Shown here: positions 10,175-21,040 of the stretch, piece by piece
Layout: every line of letters starts with the position of its first letter
Numbering within the stretch: position 1 is the first letter of the stretch
NCBI GenBank assembly: GCA_017626355.1
Contig: JAGAIY010000012.1
Span: forward strand, 1,876-65,875
Origin: Bacteroidales bacterium
GTDB taxonomy: Bacteria > Bacteroidota > Bacteroidia > Bacteroidales > UBA932
DNA: 64,000 nucleotides
Direction of reading: 5' to 3'
The notes under the pieces: generated by a model
Told to the model about the DNA's origin: nothing
Database searches by the model: none
What the model saw: the letters and a program-made list of their open reading frames with translations, nothing else
Translations under genes and position numbers: made by a program

Positions 10175-11530
10175 CTACATACGGACTTCCACAACATAAT
10201 CCGGAGCGGTTGCAGCCGGAGGAAGAGTGACCGTGAGGGTTCCGTCCTTAGCATATGAATATGTAAGGGAAGCGCCTCCGTTCATGGCTGTCACTGACTT
10301 GACCTTCATTCTGCGTGACTTACCTGCCGCAGGTTCAAGCCTGAAATCCTTCAATGATATCGAGACCTTTCCTGAAGACGGTTCGAACACATGAAGGTAC
10401 AGAGTGTTTCCTTTGCGGGTGGTCACTCCCCACTCCTGCTCAGGAAGGCCTGACGCATCGGTTCCATATACGGAGTCGCCATATATACCCATCCATTTTC
10501 CTACGCCTTCAAGACGTTCAAGGGCTGTTGCAGGGAGGTTGCCGTCAGGCTGAGGGCCTATGTTCATAAGCAGGTTGGATCCCTTGGAAGCCGCCTTGAC
10601 TATGAGCTGTACAAGTTCATGCACAGACTTGTAGTTCTGGTCGGCGACCTTGTAGCCCCACATTCCGTTCATGGTCTGACACATTTCCAGAGGCAGGGTG
10701 CTGACAGTCTGTTCATCAGCCCATCCTGTAGTATTCTCGCCAGGAAGGTCTCTCTCGAACATCTGGAAGTCCTCGCCTTTTATCGGGGTGATGTGATGGT
10801 TGTTGCCTATGAGGCAGGCATCGTCCAGGAAATGGATATGCGAATAGATATCATCATACCTCCAGTCGAAAGGCACTTCGTCGCTGTCATGGTCCCAGTG
10901 GCCGTCAAACCAGATGGCGCCGATCTTTCCATACTTTGTCATCAGCTCGGTGATCTGATCCTTCATGAAGGTACGGTAGGTGTCGTAGTTCTGTGCATCC
11001 CCTTTTCTGCCGGTATTGAGTCCGGTCCTGCCTACAGGGTAGTCTTCGCGTGTCCAGTCCAGGAGGGAATAGTAGAAATGCAGGGCTATGCCCTCTTCAT
11101 GGCAGGCCTGTGCAAGTTCTCCGATGATATCCCTCTTGAAAGGGGTTGCATCTATTATGTCATAATCCGACACCGCCGTATCGAACATCGAGAAGCCGTC
11201 ATGATGACGCGAGGTGAATGTTATGTACTTTGCTCCCGATGCCTTGATGGCCTTCACCCATTCACGCGCATCGAACGAAGCCGGATAGAAGCCGCCGGCC
11301 GCTTTGGCATATTCCTGAGCATTCAAGCCGTTGTTCAGATACCACTCGCCCTGAGCGAACATGCTGTAGATTCCCCAATGGATGAAGATTCCGAAACGCA
11401 TGTCCTCGAAAGCCTCACGAGCCTTGAGATTGTCTTCGGTAGGAACATAATTATTCTGAGCAGAAGCAGAAGAGGCCGACAGAAGTCCCATGGACAAGAC
11501 TGCAGCTAGACATATAAACACCTTTTTCAT
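10175..11530 (-). CDS. GH29 alpha-L-fucosidase
   Basis: RFGIFIHWGIYS, RHHDGF, IWFDG, NLLMNIGP; signal peptide from ATG 11530; own -7 box TATATTTG at 11545-11552. Confidence 0.9.
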   Translation of the reverse strand: MKKVFICLAAVLSMGLLSASSASAQNNYVPTEDNLKAREAFEDMRFGIFIHWGIYSMFAQGEWYLNNGLNAQEYAKAAGGFYPASFDAREWVKAIKASGAKYITFTSRHHDGFSMFDTAVSDYDIIDATPFKRDIIGELAQACHEEGIALHFYYSLLDWTREDYPVGRTGLNTGRKGDAQNYDTYRTFMKDQITELMTKYGKIGAIWFDGHWDHDSDEVPFDWRYDDIYSHIHFLDDACLIGNNHHITPIKGEDFQMFERDLPGENTTGWADEQTVSTLPLEMCQTMNGMWGYKVADQNYKSVHELVQLIVKAASKGSNLLMNIGPQPDGNLPATALERLEGVGKWMGIYGDSVYGTDASGLPEQEWGVTTRKGNTLYLHVFEPSSGKVSISLKDFRLEPAAGKSRRMKVKSVTAMNGGASLTYSYAKDGTLTVTLPPAATAPDYVVEVRM

Positions 11531-11657
11531 AGTCGTTCTTTTTGCAAATATAATAAATTTCAATGCACCCGGACGTGAACCGCCCGTTGATATGCCCGAC
11601 ATCACCTTTCCCGCACCTGTCACCTATCTCCCTGACACAGAGCGCCTTCCAGCTTTC

Positions 11658-11681
11658 CGGGTGTTCCTCGAGGAACACCCG
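11658..11681. repeat. Perfect 24-bp palindrome in the GH94-GH29 intergenic region
   Basis: CGGGTGTTCCTC|GAGGAACACCCG read directly from the sequence. Confidence 0.8.
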
Positions 11682-11728
11682 AAAAGGAGTAAAAAGCTGA
11701 TATCCAAGGGGTTGAGTGATGGCGAAAA

Positions 11729-14200
11729 TCAGCCGAGGATGACCTCAACCTGATGATGTCCCGGGGTGCAAGGGATGAGATAGCCTTCCACAGGGAGACC
11801 GTCTACGGTCATGGATACGACACCTTTGCAGACACCTTCAGGATTCCTGACAGTGATCTCATAAAGGGATCCGCGGAAGCGGCGGCGGACGGTATATTCC
11901 TTCCAGTCCGGGCATATGCACGGATCCACGAGAAGGCCGTCATATGCAGGTCTGATTCCAAGGATATACTGGGTCACGGCGTACCAGTTCCATGCAGCCG
12001 TACCCGTAAGCCAGCTGTTCTTGGCCTCGCCCGGACGCGCGGCATCCTTTCCGGCGATCATCTGTGAATATACATATGGCTCGACTTTGTGCAGAGCACT
12101 GTTCTCCTCAGTGTAGGAAGGGCATATCTTCCTGTAATAGTCCCAGGCATAATCACCGCGTCCGATAACGGTCTCGCCGATGATAACCCATGGATTGTTG
12201 TGGCAGAATACACCTGCATTCTCCTTGTAACCTGCCGGATATGAAGATATTTCACCATATTCCACAACATATTTCGTAAATGCAGGATTGTTCAGGACTA
12301 TTCCATGTTCGCAGTCAAGATGTTCCTTTACGGAATCAAGAGCCTTCCGCACCATGCCCTCCTCAAGGCCGATGCCGGCCATGGCGCACCAACCCTGCGA
12401 CTCTATGAAGATCTTGCCTTCCTCGTTCTCATGAGAACCGACCTTGCGTCCTGAATAGTCATAGGCACGAAGGTACCAGCCGCCGTCCCAGCCATGCTTC
12501 TTGACAGCCTCTACCATGGCATCGACAAGCCCCTCGGCACGCGCAGCCTCCTCGCAGAGGCCCCTCTCACGGCAAAGCTCCACATAGTCACGACCGCAGA
12601 CTACGAAAAGTCCCGCGATCATAAGCGACTCGGCCTTGGAGCCTTCAGTCTTGTTTTCCGTCGTCTGGAACGATTCGTTCGGATCCCACGAAAAACAGTT
12701 CAGATTCAGGCAGTCATTCCAGTCGGCACGACCGATCAGAGGAAGCATGTGAGGGCCGAGATTGTTCACCACATGGTCGAACGATATGCGCAGATGATCC
12801 ATCAGAGACACCTCCGAACCCGGCTCGTTGTCGAACGGAACCATCTCATCGAGAATTCCGAAATCTCCCGTCTCCTTGACATATGCTACGGTACCGAAAA
12901 TCAGCCACATAGGGTCGTCGTTGAATCCACCGCCGATGTCGTTGTTGCCTCGCTTGGTCAGAGGCTGGTACTGATGATAGCAGCCGCCGTCAGGGAACTG
13001 GGTGGAAGCTATGTCTATGATACGCTCACGGGCCCTTTCCGGTATCTGATGGACGAAGCCCACGAGATCCTGATTGGAGTCACGGAAGCCCATTCCACGG
13101 CCTATTCCGCTCTCGAAGAAGGAAGCGGAACGGGACATGTTGAACGTCACCATGCACTGGTACTGGTTCCAGATGTTCACCATCCTGTCGAGCTTCTCCT
13201 CCGGAGTCCTTACGGTATAGATGTCAAGAAGTCCGTCCCAATATGTCTTCAACTGTCCGAAAGCGGCATCTACCTTCGCGGTCGTATCGAAAGCGCCGAT
13301 CATCTTACGAGCCTTGGCCTTGTTGATTATCGGAGAGCTGCCGCTGTGCTTGAGACCCGGTTCCGGCTCAGATACAAACTTCTCATCCTGAGTATTTTCC
13401 ACATATCCGAGAAGGAAGATATAATCCTTGCTCTCCCCCGGTTCAAGCGAGACTTCGATATAATGCGAAGCTATCGGGCTCCAGCCGTGGGCTATGCTGC
13501 CGGACGGCCTGCCTTCAAGCACATTCCGAGGATCGCGGAATTCATTATAAAGGCCTATGAAGGTCTCCCTGTCGGTGTCGAAGCCGTCCACCGGAGCATT
13601 CACGCTGTAGAACGCATAATGATTGCGACGCTCCTTGTATTCCGTCTTGTGATATATGACAGAGCCATCCACCTCGACCTCTCCTGTAGAGAAGTTCCTC
13701 TGGAAATTCTCCATATCCGTAGCGGCATTCCAAAGGCACCATTCTGCAAAAGAAAAGAGCTTGAACCTGCGGGTACGGGAAGATGTGTTACGGAGAGTCA
13801 TCTTCTGGACCTCGCCCCATACACCGAGCGGAACGAAGAAAAGGACGCTCGCTTCAATGCCGTCCTTCGCTCCCGTAATGCGCGTATAGCTCATGCCGTG
13901 GCGGCACTCATAAAAGTCCAGCGGAGTCTTGCAAGGCTTCCATCCCGGCGACCACACCATCCCGTTGTCGTTGATATAGAAGTATCTTCCGCCATTGTCC
14001 ATCGGAACATTGTTGTAGCGATAGCGGGTTATTCTGCGGAACTTGGCATCCTTGTAGAACGAATATCCGCCGGCAGTGTTGGATATCAGCGAGAAAAAGT
14101 CCTCGTTTCCGAGATAGTTGATCCATGGCCACGGAGTCTGAGGGTCTGTGATCACATACTCCCGCTTGGCATCATCGAAATATCCGAAGGTCGATTTCAT
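11729..14200 (-). CDS. GH94 cellobiose phosphorylase-like
   Basis: 823 aa; [49 protein letters not shown]; no signal peptide. Confidence 0.88.
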   Translation of the reverse strand: MKSTFGYFDDAKREYVITDPQTPWPWINYLGNEDFFSLISNTAGGYSFYKDAKFRRITRYRYNNVPMDNGGRYFYINDNGMVWSPGWKPCKTPLDFYECRHGMSYTRITGAKDGIEASVLFFVPLGVWGEVQKMTLRNTSSRTRRFKLFSFAEWCLWNAATDMENFQRNFSTGEVEVDGSVIYHKTEYKERRNHYAFYSVNAPVDGFDTDRETFIGLYNEFRDPRNVLEGRPSGSIAHGWSPIASHYIEVSLEPGESKDYIFLLGYVENTQDEKFVSEPEPGLKHSGSSPIINKAKARKMIGAFDTTAKVDAAFGQLKTYWDGLLDIYTVRTPEEKLDRMVNIWNQYQCMVTFNMSRSASFFESGIGRGMGFRDSNQDLVGFVHQIPERARERIIDIASTQFPDGGCYHQYQPLTKRGNNDIGGGFNDDPMWLIFGTVAYVKETGDFGILDEMVPFDNEPGSEVSLMDHLRISFDHVVNNLGPHMLPLIGRADWNDCLNLNCFSWDPNESFQTTENKTEGSKAESLMIAGLFVVCGRDYVELCRERGLCEEAARAEGLVDAMVEAVKKHGWDGGWYLRAYDYSGRKVGSHENEEGKIFIESQGWCAMAGIGLEEGMVRKALDSVKEHLDCEHGIVLNNPAFTKYVVEYGEISSYPAGYKENAGVFCHNNPWVIIGETVIGRGDYAWDYYRKICPSYTEENSALHKVEPYVYSQMIAGKDAARPGEAKNSWLTGTAAWNWYAVTQYILGIRPAYDGLLVDPCICPDWKEYTVRRRFRGSLYEITVRNPEGVCKGVVSMTVDGLPVEGYLIPCTPGHHQVEVILG

Positions 14201-14246
14201 ATAAAAAGCGAATCACTAAAACATTAATACTCAGAGATTTACTCGA

Positions 14247-15671
14247 TCAGCCTGCCGCCCCGGGGTTGCAGGCGCCACGCTTGGCGGCGAGTTCCACCTG
14301 CACGCCTTCCATCTTCTTCTTGGTGAGCGGATAGAACCATACAACCAGGATGGCGAGGCCTGCGACAATGGCAGGAACCCAGCTCATGAGGATGCGGAGA
14401 CCGAGGATGGCTGTCTCTGTCTGAACAGCACCGGCAGCCGTATTGTAGCCGAATGCAGCAAGCATCCACATCACGGCAGAACCGCCGAAAGCACCTCCGA
14501 ACTTCTGAGCCATCGAAGCGGAAGAGAAGATAAGACCGGTGGAAGCTGTACCGTCCTTGAGCTCCGAGTAGTCAGCCACATCTGCATACATGCTCCATAC
14601 AAGAGGAGAAATGACTCCGGTGAAGACTGAGATGACGATCTGGAAGAAGAGCATCGTCCAATATCCTCCTGTAGTCGCAGGGAGGAAGAAGAAAGCTATG
14701 CTCAGGACGATGAGAGCCGCCATCGAGATCATGTATGTAGATTTCTTTCCAAGGTTCTTGGACATAGGGACAGCGAGCACGACACCAACCATGTTGGATA
14801 TCTCGCCTATCGAAAGGAAGATTCCGGCAGACACGAGGAAGGCCCACTGCGGTGCCATCTCGACAGTCTTCTGGATATAGTCAGCGAAGAAATATGCTGT
14901 AGTCGTTCCACGTACTGTGTTGAAAAGGTTAGAGGCGAGGGCTGCACCGATCATGAGCCACCAAGGGCTGTTCTTGAGAAGCAGCTTGAGGTCCTTTCCT
15001 ACCGAAACAGTGGACTCGCTTCTGACATGTTCCTTCGTCATAAAGAAACTGAGAAGGAAAAGGATGAAACAGCATGAGGCTATCACGATCATTGCATGGT
15101 TCCATGCAGCAGGGCTTGTCGAGATCGATGCAAGACCGCCTGCAGCCTGATCTGCGGCAACACGGCCTTTGTCGAACATGTTGCAGAGGGGTTCCCACGC
15201 GAAAAGGGCGATGAAGCTTCCGCCGTAAGCGAAGAACATCCTGTATGAAGAAAGCACCGACTTCTCGTCAGAATCGGCCGTCATCACGTTCAGGAGCGAG
15301 CCGTACGGCACATTGATTCCGGTATATACGGTCATCATGAGAATGTACGTAACATAAGCCCAGACCGTCTTTCCGTTCTCCGGAGTCGTGAACAGGAGTA
15401 TGCCGCAGACCGCGAACGGAAGAGCGAAGAACAGCAGGTACGGACGATATTTGCCCCAGCGTGTCTTGGTGCGGTCGGCGATTATTCCCATCATCGGATC
15501 CGATACGGCATCCCAGATTCGTGTCACGAGCATGAGGATTCCGGCATCGGCAAGACTGAGACCGAAGACGTTGGAGTAGAAGAACGGAAGGAAGTACGAG
15601 AAGAGCTTCCAGAACATCGACGAGGACATGTCGCCGAAGCCGTAGCCTATTTTTTCACTTAGTTTCATCAC
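14247..15671 (-). CDS. GPH-family MFS sugar:cation symporter
   Basis: [29 protein letters not shown]; many hydrophobic segments. Confidence 0.88.
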   Translation of the reverse strand: MMKLSEKIGYGFGDMSSSMFWKLFSYFLPFFYSNVFGLSLADAGILMLVTRIWDAVSDPMMGIIADRTKTRWGKYRPYLLFFALPFAVCGILLFTTPENGKTVWAYVTYILMMTVYTGINVPYGSLLNVMTADSDEKSVLSSYRMFFAYGGSFIALFAWEPLCNMFDKGRVAADQAAGGLASISTSPAAWNHAMIVIASCCFILFLLSFFMTKEHVRSESTVSVGKDLKLLLKNSPWWLMIGAALASNLFNTVRGTTTAYFFADYIQKTVEMAPQWAFLVSAGIFLSIGEISNMVGVVLAVPMSKNLGKKSTYMISMAALIVLSIAFFFLPATTGGYWTMLFFQIVISVFTGVISPLVWSMYADVADYSELKDGTASTGLIFSSASMAQKFGGAFGGSAVMWMLAAFGYNTAAGAVQTETAILGLRILMSWVPAIVAGLAILVVWFYPLTKKKMEGVQVELAAKRGACNPGAAG

Positions 15672-16825
15672 TTGAGGTTTTTATCTATCAATCGGTTAAG
15701 ACGTTTCACGGTTTCTCCTGTAGTGAAGCCGTCAGGTTCTGTATTGAAGCAGTAGTCCACAAGACGGTCCACAGTGGATGTAGCCACATGCATGCGTGTA
15801 TCGCTCGAAGCATAGTAGATAAAGACCTTGCCGTCCTCGTCCGCGATCCATCCGTTCGCAAAGAGCACGTTCATCACATCACCGATGAATTCCTCTCCCT
15901 CCGGAGCCATGAAGAAACCTGCAGGCTCAGCGATGACCTTAGTAGGGTCTTCAAGGTCGGTCATGTACATGTAGAGGACATATCTCAGACCAGATGCACA
16001 GCCGCGCACGCCATGAGCAAGATGCAGCCAGCCCTTAGATGTCTTTATAGGATGCGGGCCCTCTCCGTTCTTGGACTCCTTGATAGTATGATAGAAACGA
16101 TGATTGATTATCTTCTCCTCGGTTATCACGACCTTCTCCATGCTGTCGACCAGAGCCCAGCCGATGCCTCCGCCGTTTCCTGCATCGATGAAACCGTCCT
16201 GAGGGCGTGTGTAAAGGGCATATTTGCCGTCAACGAACTCTGGATGCAGAACCACATTGCGCTGCTGGGAAGAAGACTCCATATCCGGAAGACGCTCCCA
16301 GTTCACAAGGTCTTTGGTACGGGCCACACCGGCAGCTGCAACTGCAGAAGAAAGATCGCCGGGAGCAGCAGACGGATCCTTGCGCTCCACACAGAATATT
16401 CCGTAGATCCAGCCGTCTTCATGGGCTGTAAGGCGCATATCGTAGACATTGGTAGCAGGCTCCCCGTACTCAGGCATAGTTATAGGACGGTCCCAGAAAC
16501 GGAAATTATCCACTCCGTTCGGGCTCTCCGCAACAGCGAAGAAGGATTTTCTGTCAGCACCTTCCACCCGCACGACAAGAACATATTTTCCGTTCCACTT
16601 GATGGCTCCTGAATTGAATGCCGCATGGACACCGAACCTTTCCATCAGGTAAGGATTGGTCTCCTTGTTCAGGTCATAACGCCAGAAAAGAGGAGCATGG
16701 TCACATGTAAGGACAGGATTCCTGTAGCGTTCATACACGCCGTTGCCTTCTACAGGCTCGTTTCTTTTGGTTATGAGGGCCTCATGCTGCGCTTTCAGCC
16801 ACTCCAGTCTCTCTTCAAATATCAT
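15668..16825 (-). CDS. mgp: GH130 4-O-beta-D-mannosyl-D-glucose phosphorylase
   Basis: [49 protein letters not shown]; lies between GH26 and MFS as in the Bacteroides fragilis mannan operon. Confidence 0.9.
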   Translation of the reverse strand: MIFEERLEWLKAQHEALITKRNEPVEGNGVYERYRNPVLTCDHAPLFWRYDLNKETNPYLMERFGVHAAFNSGAIKWNGKYVLVVRVEGADRKSFFAVAESPNGVDNFRFWDRPITMPEYGEPATNVYDMRLTAHEDGWIYGIFCVERKDPSAAPGDLSSAVAAAGVARTKDLVNWERLPDMESSSQQRNVVLHPEFVDGKYALYTRPQDGFIDAGNGGGIGWALVDSMEKVVITEEKIINHRFYHTIKESKNGEGPHPIKTSKGWLHLAHGVRGCASGLRYVLYMYMTDLEDPTKVIAEPAGFFMAPEGEEFIGDVMNVLFANGWIADEDGKVFIYYASSDTRMHVATSTVDRLVDYCFNTEPDGFTTGETVKRLNRLIDKNLK

Positions 16826-16842
16826 ATGTGGTCAGTTGTTTT

Positions 16843-17940
16843 TTAAAATAAAGCCATTACGATGTCTTTCTGCGATGCAAAAGCCTTGAAGTCATCAGCC
16901 GAAACCTGGCCCGGGAAAGGTGCATAGTAGTGATGCTGCATGTGTGCGTCGCAGGCATTCCTCCATGTCAGCACATAGGCTATAGGATAGTCCTTGACAG
17001 ACTCGTAAAGCACCTTTGTCCACCACTGAGGATTCGGAATGCCTTCATAACCGGTCTCAGTCACGGCCATGAGCTTTCCCCTGCCCTGATTGAAGGCAGC
17101 CATGACATCGAGAGCGTTCTTCATGTCGGCCATATAGACCTCGTCTGTCGAATACTGATAGCAGTCGAAACCGAGCATGTCTACGATTCCGTCACCCGGA
17201 TATCTTTCGGCAAAAAGCTCCGGAGTGAGTCCGCCTGCGCCAGGAGAATAGGCCCATACGAGGTTTTCAAGGCCACGTTCCTTCTCCATATAGTCATAGG
17301 TCATCTGCCACAGGGCCTTGTACTGCTCTGTGGTACAGAGATCCTGCCCCCACCAGAACCAGCTTCCTGTGTGCTCATGCCAAGGTCTCCATATCACCGG
17401 CACAAGCTCGCCGTCAGCAGTCTTTATGGAACCGAGGAAATCAGCGGCATTGGAGAGCCAGCCCATGAAATACTCATGCTTCTCCCCTCCCGGAAGGATG
17501 GATGCAACGACTTCCTTCGAACTCACATCCCAGGCATCGCCACCTGTAAGAGGATTGCGAGGATGCCATGAGAAGGTCACGATGCCCCCTCTTTCGTGGT
17601 GAGCCACGGCAGAAGCACGCATATTATCGAAATCGTTCTTGTCGAGATTAGCTTCCCAACCCAGTTCGATGCCTCCCAGGTCCATACCGTATACACCTGG
17701 ATAGGCTCCGCAGACATCCTTCACATCTGATTTCACGAATTCCTTTGCGCCGTCCTCGATCTTCCATGAATGGCCGTACATAAGGTCATCCTGATGGCCG
17801 TACATGATCTTGTCGGCATCGACGAGCATTTCCAGATGCATGACGAGCTTTTCCGCAGGGGTTGTCTCCTTATAGCCTGTCGTGTCGCCGCACGATACCA
17901 TCGCAGCCGCAATTGCGGCAATTGCAAATATTCTCTTCAT
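16843..17940 (-). CDS. GH26 beta-mannanase lipoprotein (mannobiose-producing type)
   Basis: GHQDD, WRPWHEHTGSWFWWG, AVTETG, LTWRN; lipobox MVSC from ATG 17940. Confidence 0.88.
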   Translation of the reverse strand: MKRIFAIAAIAAAMVSCGDTTGYKETTPAEKLVMHLEMLVDADKIMYGHQDDLMYGHSWKIEDGAKEFVKSDVKDVCGAYPGVYGMDLGGIELGWEANLDKNDFDNMRASAVAHHERGGIVTFSWHPRNPLTGGDAWDVSSKEVVASILPGGEKHEYFMGWLSNAADFLGSIKTADGELVPVIWRPWHEHTGSWFWWGQDLCTTEQYKALWQMTYDYMEKERGLENLVWAYSPGAGGLTPELFAERYPGDGIVDMLGFDCYQYSTDEVYMADMKNALDVMAAFNQGRGKLMAVTETGYEGIPNPQWWTKVLYESVKDYPIAYVLTWRNACDAHMQHHYYAPFPGQVSADDFKAFASQKDIVMALF

Positions 17941-17941
17941 A

Positions 17942-19474
17942 TTACTTCGGTGCGTTATTGTATACCTGTTCAAGTGTAAGATTGTCGTTGTATGAGCCTA
18001 CAAGGGCCTTGATGGCTGCTTCTGCCTCCGGAGAGCAGTACATTCCGTTTCCATGGTCAATGAAGGCATGTCTCTCGTTTCCGTGTCCCCTTGCCCCGTT
18101 ATCCCATATGACCGAAGGGATGCCGTAAACCTTCGAAAGCTTCGCATAATACTTCAGATAGTACTGCTGGAAGGCCTGCTCGCGGGCTGTGGCGCGGTTC
18201 ACGCAGCCGAACTCACCGAGATAGACCGGTATGCCCTTCGCGACAAAGTGCTCATAAAGCTTGACAAAGGTCTTGCGCAGGTCGCCTTCATTGTCACCTG
18301 CCACTTTATTCGAAGCTCTGGCTGTATGACCCCATTCCGATACTTTCGCCGGAAGGGTGTAATCGTAAGGATCATAGCAGTGGACAGAAACCATCAGACG
18401 GTCTTCCAGATAATCATCAGGCAGTTCGAGAGTCTCGATCGCAAAGTCGGCGTTGGTGCAGTATGCAGGGATGCCGAGAAGACGCTCCATGTTGTTCTGT
18501 CCGCCGGATCCGCGCACGGCCCCTACAAAGGCCTGGTTCCATTCGTTCAGGCACTTGTACTGCTTGCCGCTGTCGTTGAGGTTGGCTCCCCAGCCCCAGC
18601 CGCCGTCATGTATCTCGTTGAAGGCCTCGAAGATAAGGAAGTCACCCTTGTCCTGGAACTTCCATGCTATCTGTGACCACATGGCAATGATCTGATCCAT
18701 GATCTGCTGATGGACAGTTGGATTCAGGGCTGCTGTCTTTATGTCGAGCCAATATGCGCTGTCGGCTCCGTCATGGTGCATGTTCAGGATGACATTGAGA
18801 CCTGCCTTCTCCGCATATCCCACGACTTCAGCCACTCTGTCAAGCCATGCTTCCTCTATCTTATATTCAGGTGCCTCTCCGATATGTCCCATCCATGTCA
18901 CAGGTATGCGCACAGTACTGAAGCCTGCCGCCTTCACCTTGATGAAGGTCTCCTGAGTAGCCTTTGGATTGCCCCAGAAAGTCTCGCCTGAGACACCGTT
19001 GTTATGGGCATCGAAATGATTGCCGAGATTCCAGCCTATGCCCAGCTTCTGCGCGGCCTTCCATGCAGGATTATCAGTCGGCTCCGGCACCGGTTCCGTC
19101 GTAGTACCGCCTGTGTTGCCGGAAGACCCTGCAGCCTGCTTCAGCTCCACATAGAGCTTCTGGTCTCCGCACACTACGGAAATCTTGCTCGTGCGCTCCT
19201 CTGTGGTCTGATTTGCCTGAGCTGTCACTGTGACCACGGCCTCATGGTTGTTCCACGGCCCCTTCTTGACAGTGTACCAGTCATCCCATGGGGAAAGATC
19301 CGGATTATCCTGAGCGGTAACCTTGAATTCCAGACTTCCTCCGGCCTCCGTGAACAGCAGCTCCGTCTTGTCCACATTCAGTTTGAGGGGCAGCAGCTGA
19401 GGAGGCTCCACGTCATCCCCACCACAGGCCACGAAGACTGCGAGGGCTGCCAATATGTACAGAAACTTCTTCAT
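17942..19474 (-). CDS. BACON + GH5 (GH5_4-like) endoglucanase lipoprotein
   Basis: Lipobox FVAC; N-x-T-x-x-x-R BACON signature; GWNLGN, RIPVTW, NEIH acid/base, GEFG nucleophile, WDNG. Confidence 0.8.
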   Translation of the reverse strand: MKKFLYILAALAVFVACGGDDVEPPQLLPLKLNVDKTELLFTEAGGSLEFKVTAQDNPDLSPWDDWYTVKKGPWNNHEAVVTVTAQANQTTEERTSKISVVCGDQKLYVELKQAAGSSGNTGGTTTEPVPEPTDNPAWKAAQKLGIGWNLGNHFDAHNNGVSGETFWGNPKATQETFIKVKAAGFSTVRIPVTWMGHIGEAPEYKIEEAWLDRVAEVVGYAEKAGLNVILNMHHDGADSAYWLDIKTAALNPTVHQQIMDQIIAMWSQIAWKFQDKGDFLIFEAFNEIHDGGWGWGANLNDSGKQYKCLNEWNQAFVGAVRGSGGQNNMERLLGIPAYCTNADFAIETLELPDDYLEDRLMVSVHCYDPYDYTLPAKVSEWGHTARASNKVAGDNEGDLRKTFVKLYEHFVAKGIPVYLGEFGCVNRATAREQAFQQYYLKYYAKLSKVYGIPSVIWDNGARGHGNERHAFIDHGNGMYCSPEAEAAIKALVGSYNDNLTLEQVYNNAPK

Positions 19475-19496
19475 AATATGCTTTTAATCAGGAATA

Positions 19497-20984
19497 TCAC
19501 TTCAATGACGGCATATCCTCACGATTGAGCGTATAAGGACTGCCCATTACCTTTCTCCAGTATTCGTCCGTATTCAAGGTCCAGCCCTGATTGTAAAGAC
19601 TTGGATTGCCGGCAGCATCCGTACTTGGCCAGACCATGAACCATGACCATCTGTTTCCGGCCTCCATGCACTTTTCAGGATCAGGAATATTTCCGCACTC
19701 GCTTATGGTCACAAGCTTCTTACCCTTTGTCATATCCACAAGCGTCTGATACTGGTACGACTTGGCTTCGGTATTGTTTTCATACACATCGAAACTCACG
19801 ATATCTACATATTCGTCTCCCGGATACCACTCGAGGTTCCTGCTCTCGAAGCCCTTGACGAGATCTACAGTCCACACCCAGATAAGATTGTCAAGACCGT
19901 ACACATTCACAAGCTGGTCATAGAGAAGCCTCCAGAGCTCCTTGCAAGGCTCAGCGCCGTACCTGCCCCACCAGAACCATGCTCCCGGCCCGCCGCCTTC
20001 ATAGATGCCGTGGTTTCCTGCCGCCTCATGCAGAGGACGCCAGATCACAGGAATGTTCTCGTCTTCAAGAAGCTGGAGATAGCCCGCGACCTCTTCTATA
20101 TCCTTCATTATGAAGTCATTCTGCCATGTACCAGGCTTCAGGGCTTCCCTGATGTCGAAAGTGGTCTTTTCTGTGTAGAAAGCATAGCCGTCGAAGTTGT
20201 AATTGTTCAGGCCATTGTCCCAGTCGGCCTTGCTGTTCGGAACGTTCCAGTGCCACATATAGTTCACCAGACCGTTGTTCTGCCACTGCTCCTTCTGAGC
20301 GGAGATGTCATTATAGTCCTGAACCCAGCTCCACCCGTCAGGAGTAGGAGAATAGGCAAGGAAAAGGAAGTCATAGCCGGCAAGGGCAGGGTGCTTTCCT
20401 GTCGTGCGATAGACCAGATCCACCATGTCATTGGTATATGAATGGCTGGACTGCACTCCCGAGAGGGTCTTCTTTCCGCTCTGCTCAAGAAGGAAAGCAT
20501 AGACATTCCTGGCCTGCTGCGAAGCATTCGGATTGACGAGCGACCTGACAGGATCGAGCTGTGAAGGCACATACGGCTCGACATACTTCATGTTGAAGCT
20601 TATCCTTATCTCATCGGCCGGTTCCTGGTTCTCCTTGAAGCCCTGCACTGCACCTTCAGGAACCACTACGGTATATTCCTTTCCGCTGTCCTTTTCCAGA
20701 CCTGAGACATCTATGGTAAGAAGAGTATTGTACGCATAGACCTTGTCCACTGAAGCACCTCCGTCTATGGTGACTCTGGTCTGCTGGTCGGAAGGACATT
20801 TGATGTTCTGATCGAAAGTAAGCTTGAGAGTCAGCCTGTCACCTGTCAGATCCTTGGCTCCGTCGGCAGGATCGCATGAAACAAGCTTCGGAGCGTCAAC
20901 AGTCTCCACAACAGGATCGACCGGCTCCTGACATCCGGCCAGAAGCAGCCCCAGGCCCAAAAATCCCAATAAAAACTTTTTCAT
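19497..20984 (-). CDS. Ig-like (Big_5-type) + GH26 endo-mannanase lipoprotein
   Basis: Lipobox LAGC; LTFDQNI Ig-like segment; WHW, WRPLHEA, WFWWG, WYPGDEYVD, ISECG. Confidence 0.85.
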   Translation of the reverse strand: MKKFLLGFLGLGLLLAGCQEPVDPVVETVDAPKLVSCDPADGAKDLTGDRLTLKLTFDQNIKCPSDQQTRVTIDGGASVDKVYAYNTLLTIDVSGLEKDSGKEYTVVVPEGAVQGFKENQEPADEIRISFNMKYVEPYVPSQLDPVRSLVNPNASQQARNVYAFLLEQSGKKTLSGVQSSHSYTNDMVDLVYRTTGKHPALAGYDFLFLAYSPTPDGWSWVQDYNDISAQKEQWQNNGLVNYMWHWNVPNSKADWDNGLNNYNFDGYAFYTEKTTFDIREALKPGTWQNDFIMKDIEEVAGYLQLLEDENIPVIWRPLHEAAGNHGIYEGGGPGAWFWWGRYGAEPCKELWRLLYDQLVNVYGLDNLIWVWTVDLVKGFESRNLEWYPGDEYVDIVSFDVYENNTEAKSYQYQTLVDMTKGKKLVTISECGNIPDPEKCMEAGNRWSWFMVWPSTDAAGNPSLYNQGWTLNTDEYWRKVMGSPYTLNREDMPSLK

Positions 20985-21000
20985 AGCTATCTGAACTGGA

Positions 21001-21030
21001 TCCCAAGGAGGCGGTCAGGCCTCCTTGGGA
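21001..21030 (-). terminator. Intra-operon stem-loop after the surface glycan-binding gene (terminator or mRNA stabiliser)
   Basis: TCCCAAGGAGGC-ggtcag-GCCTCCTTGGGA, 12-bp perfect stem; no strong U tract. Confidence 0.6.
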
Positions 21031-21040
21031 AATATAGGGA

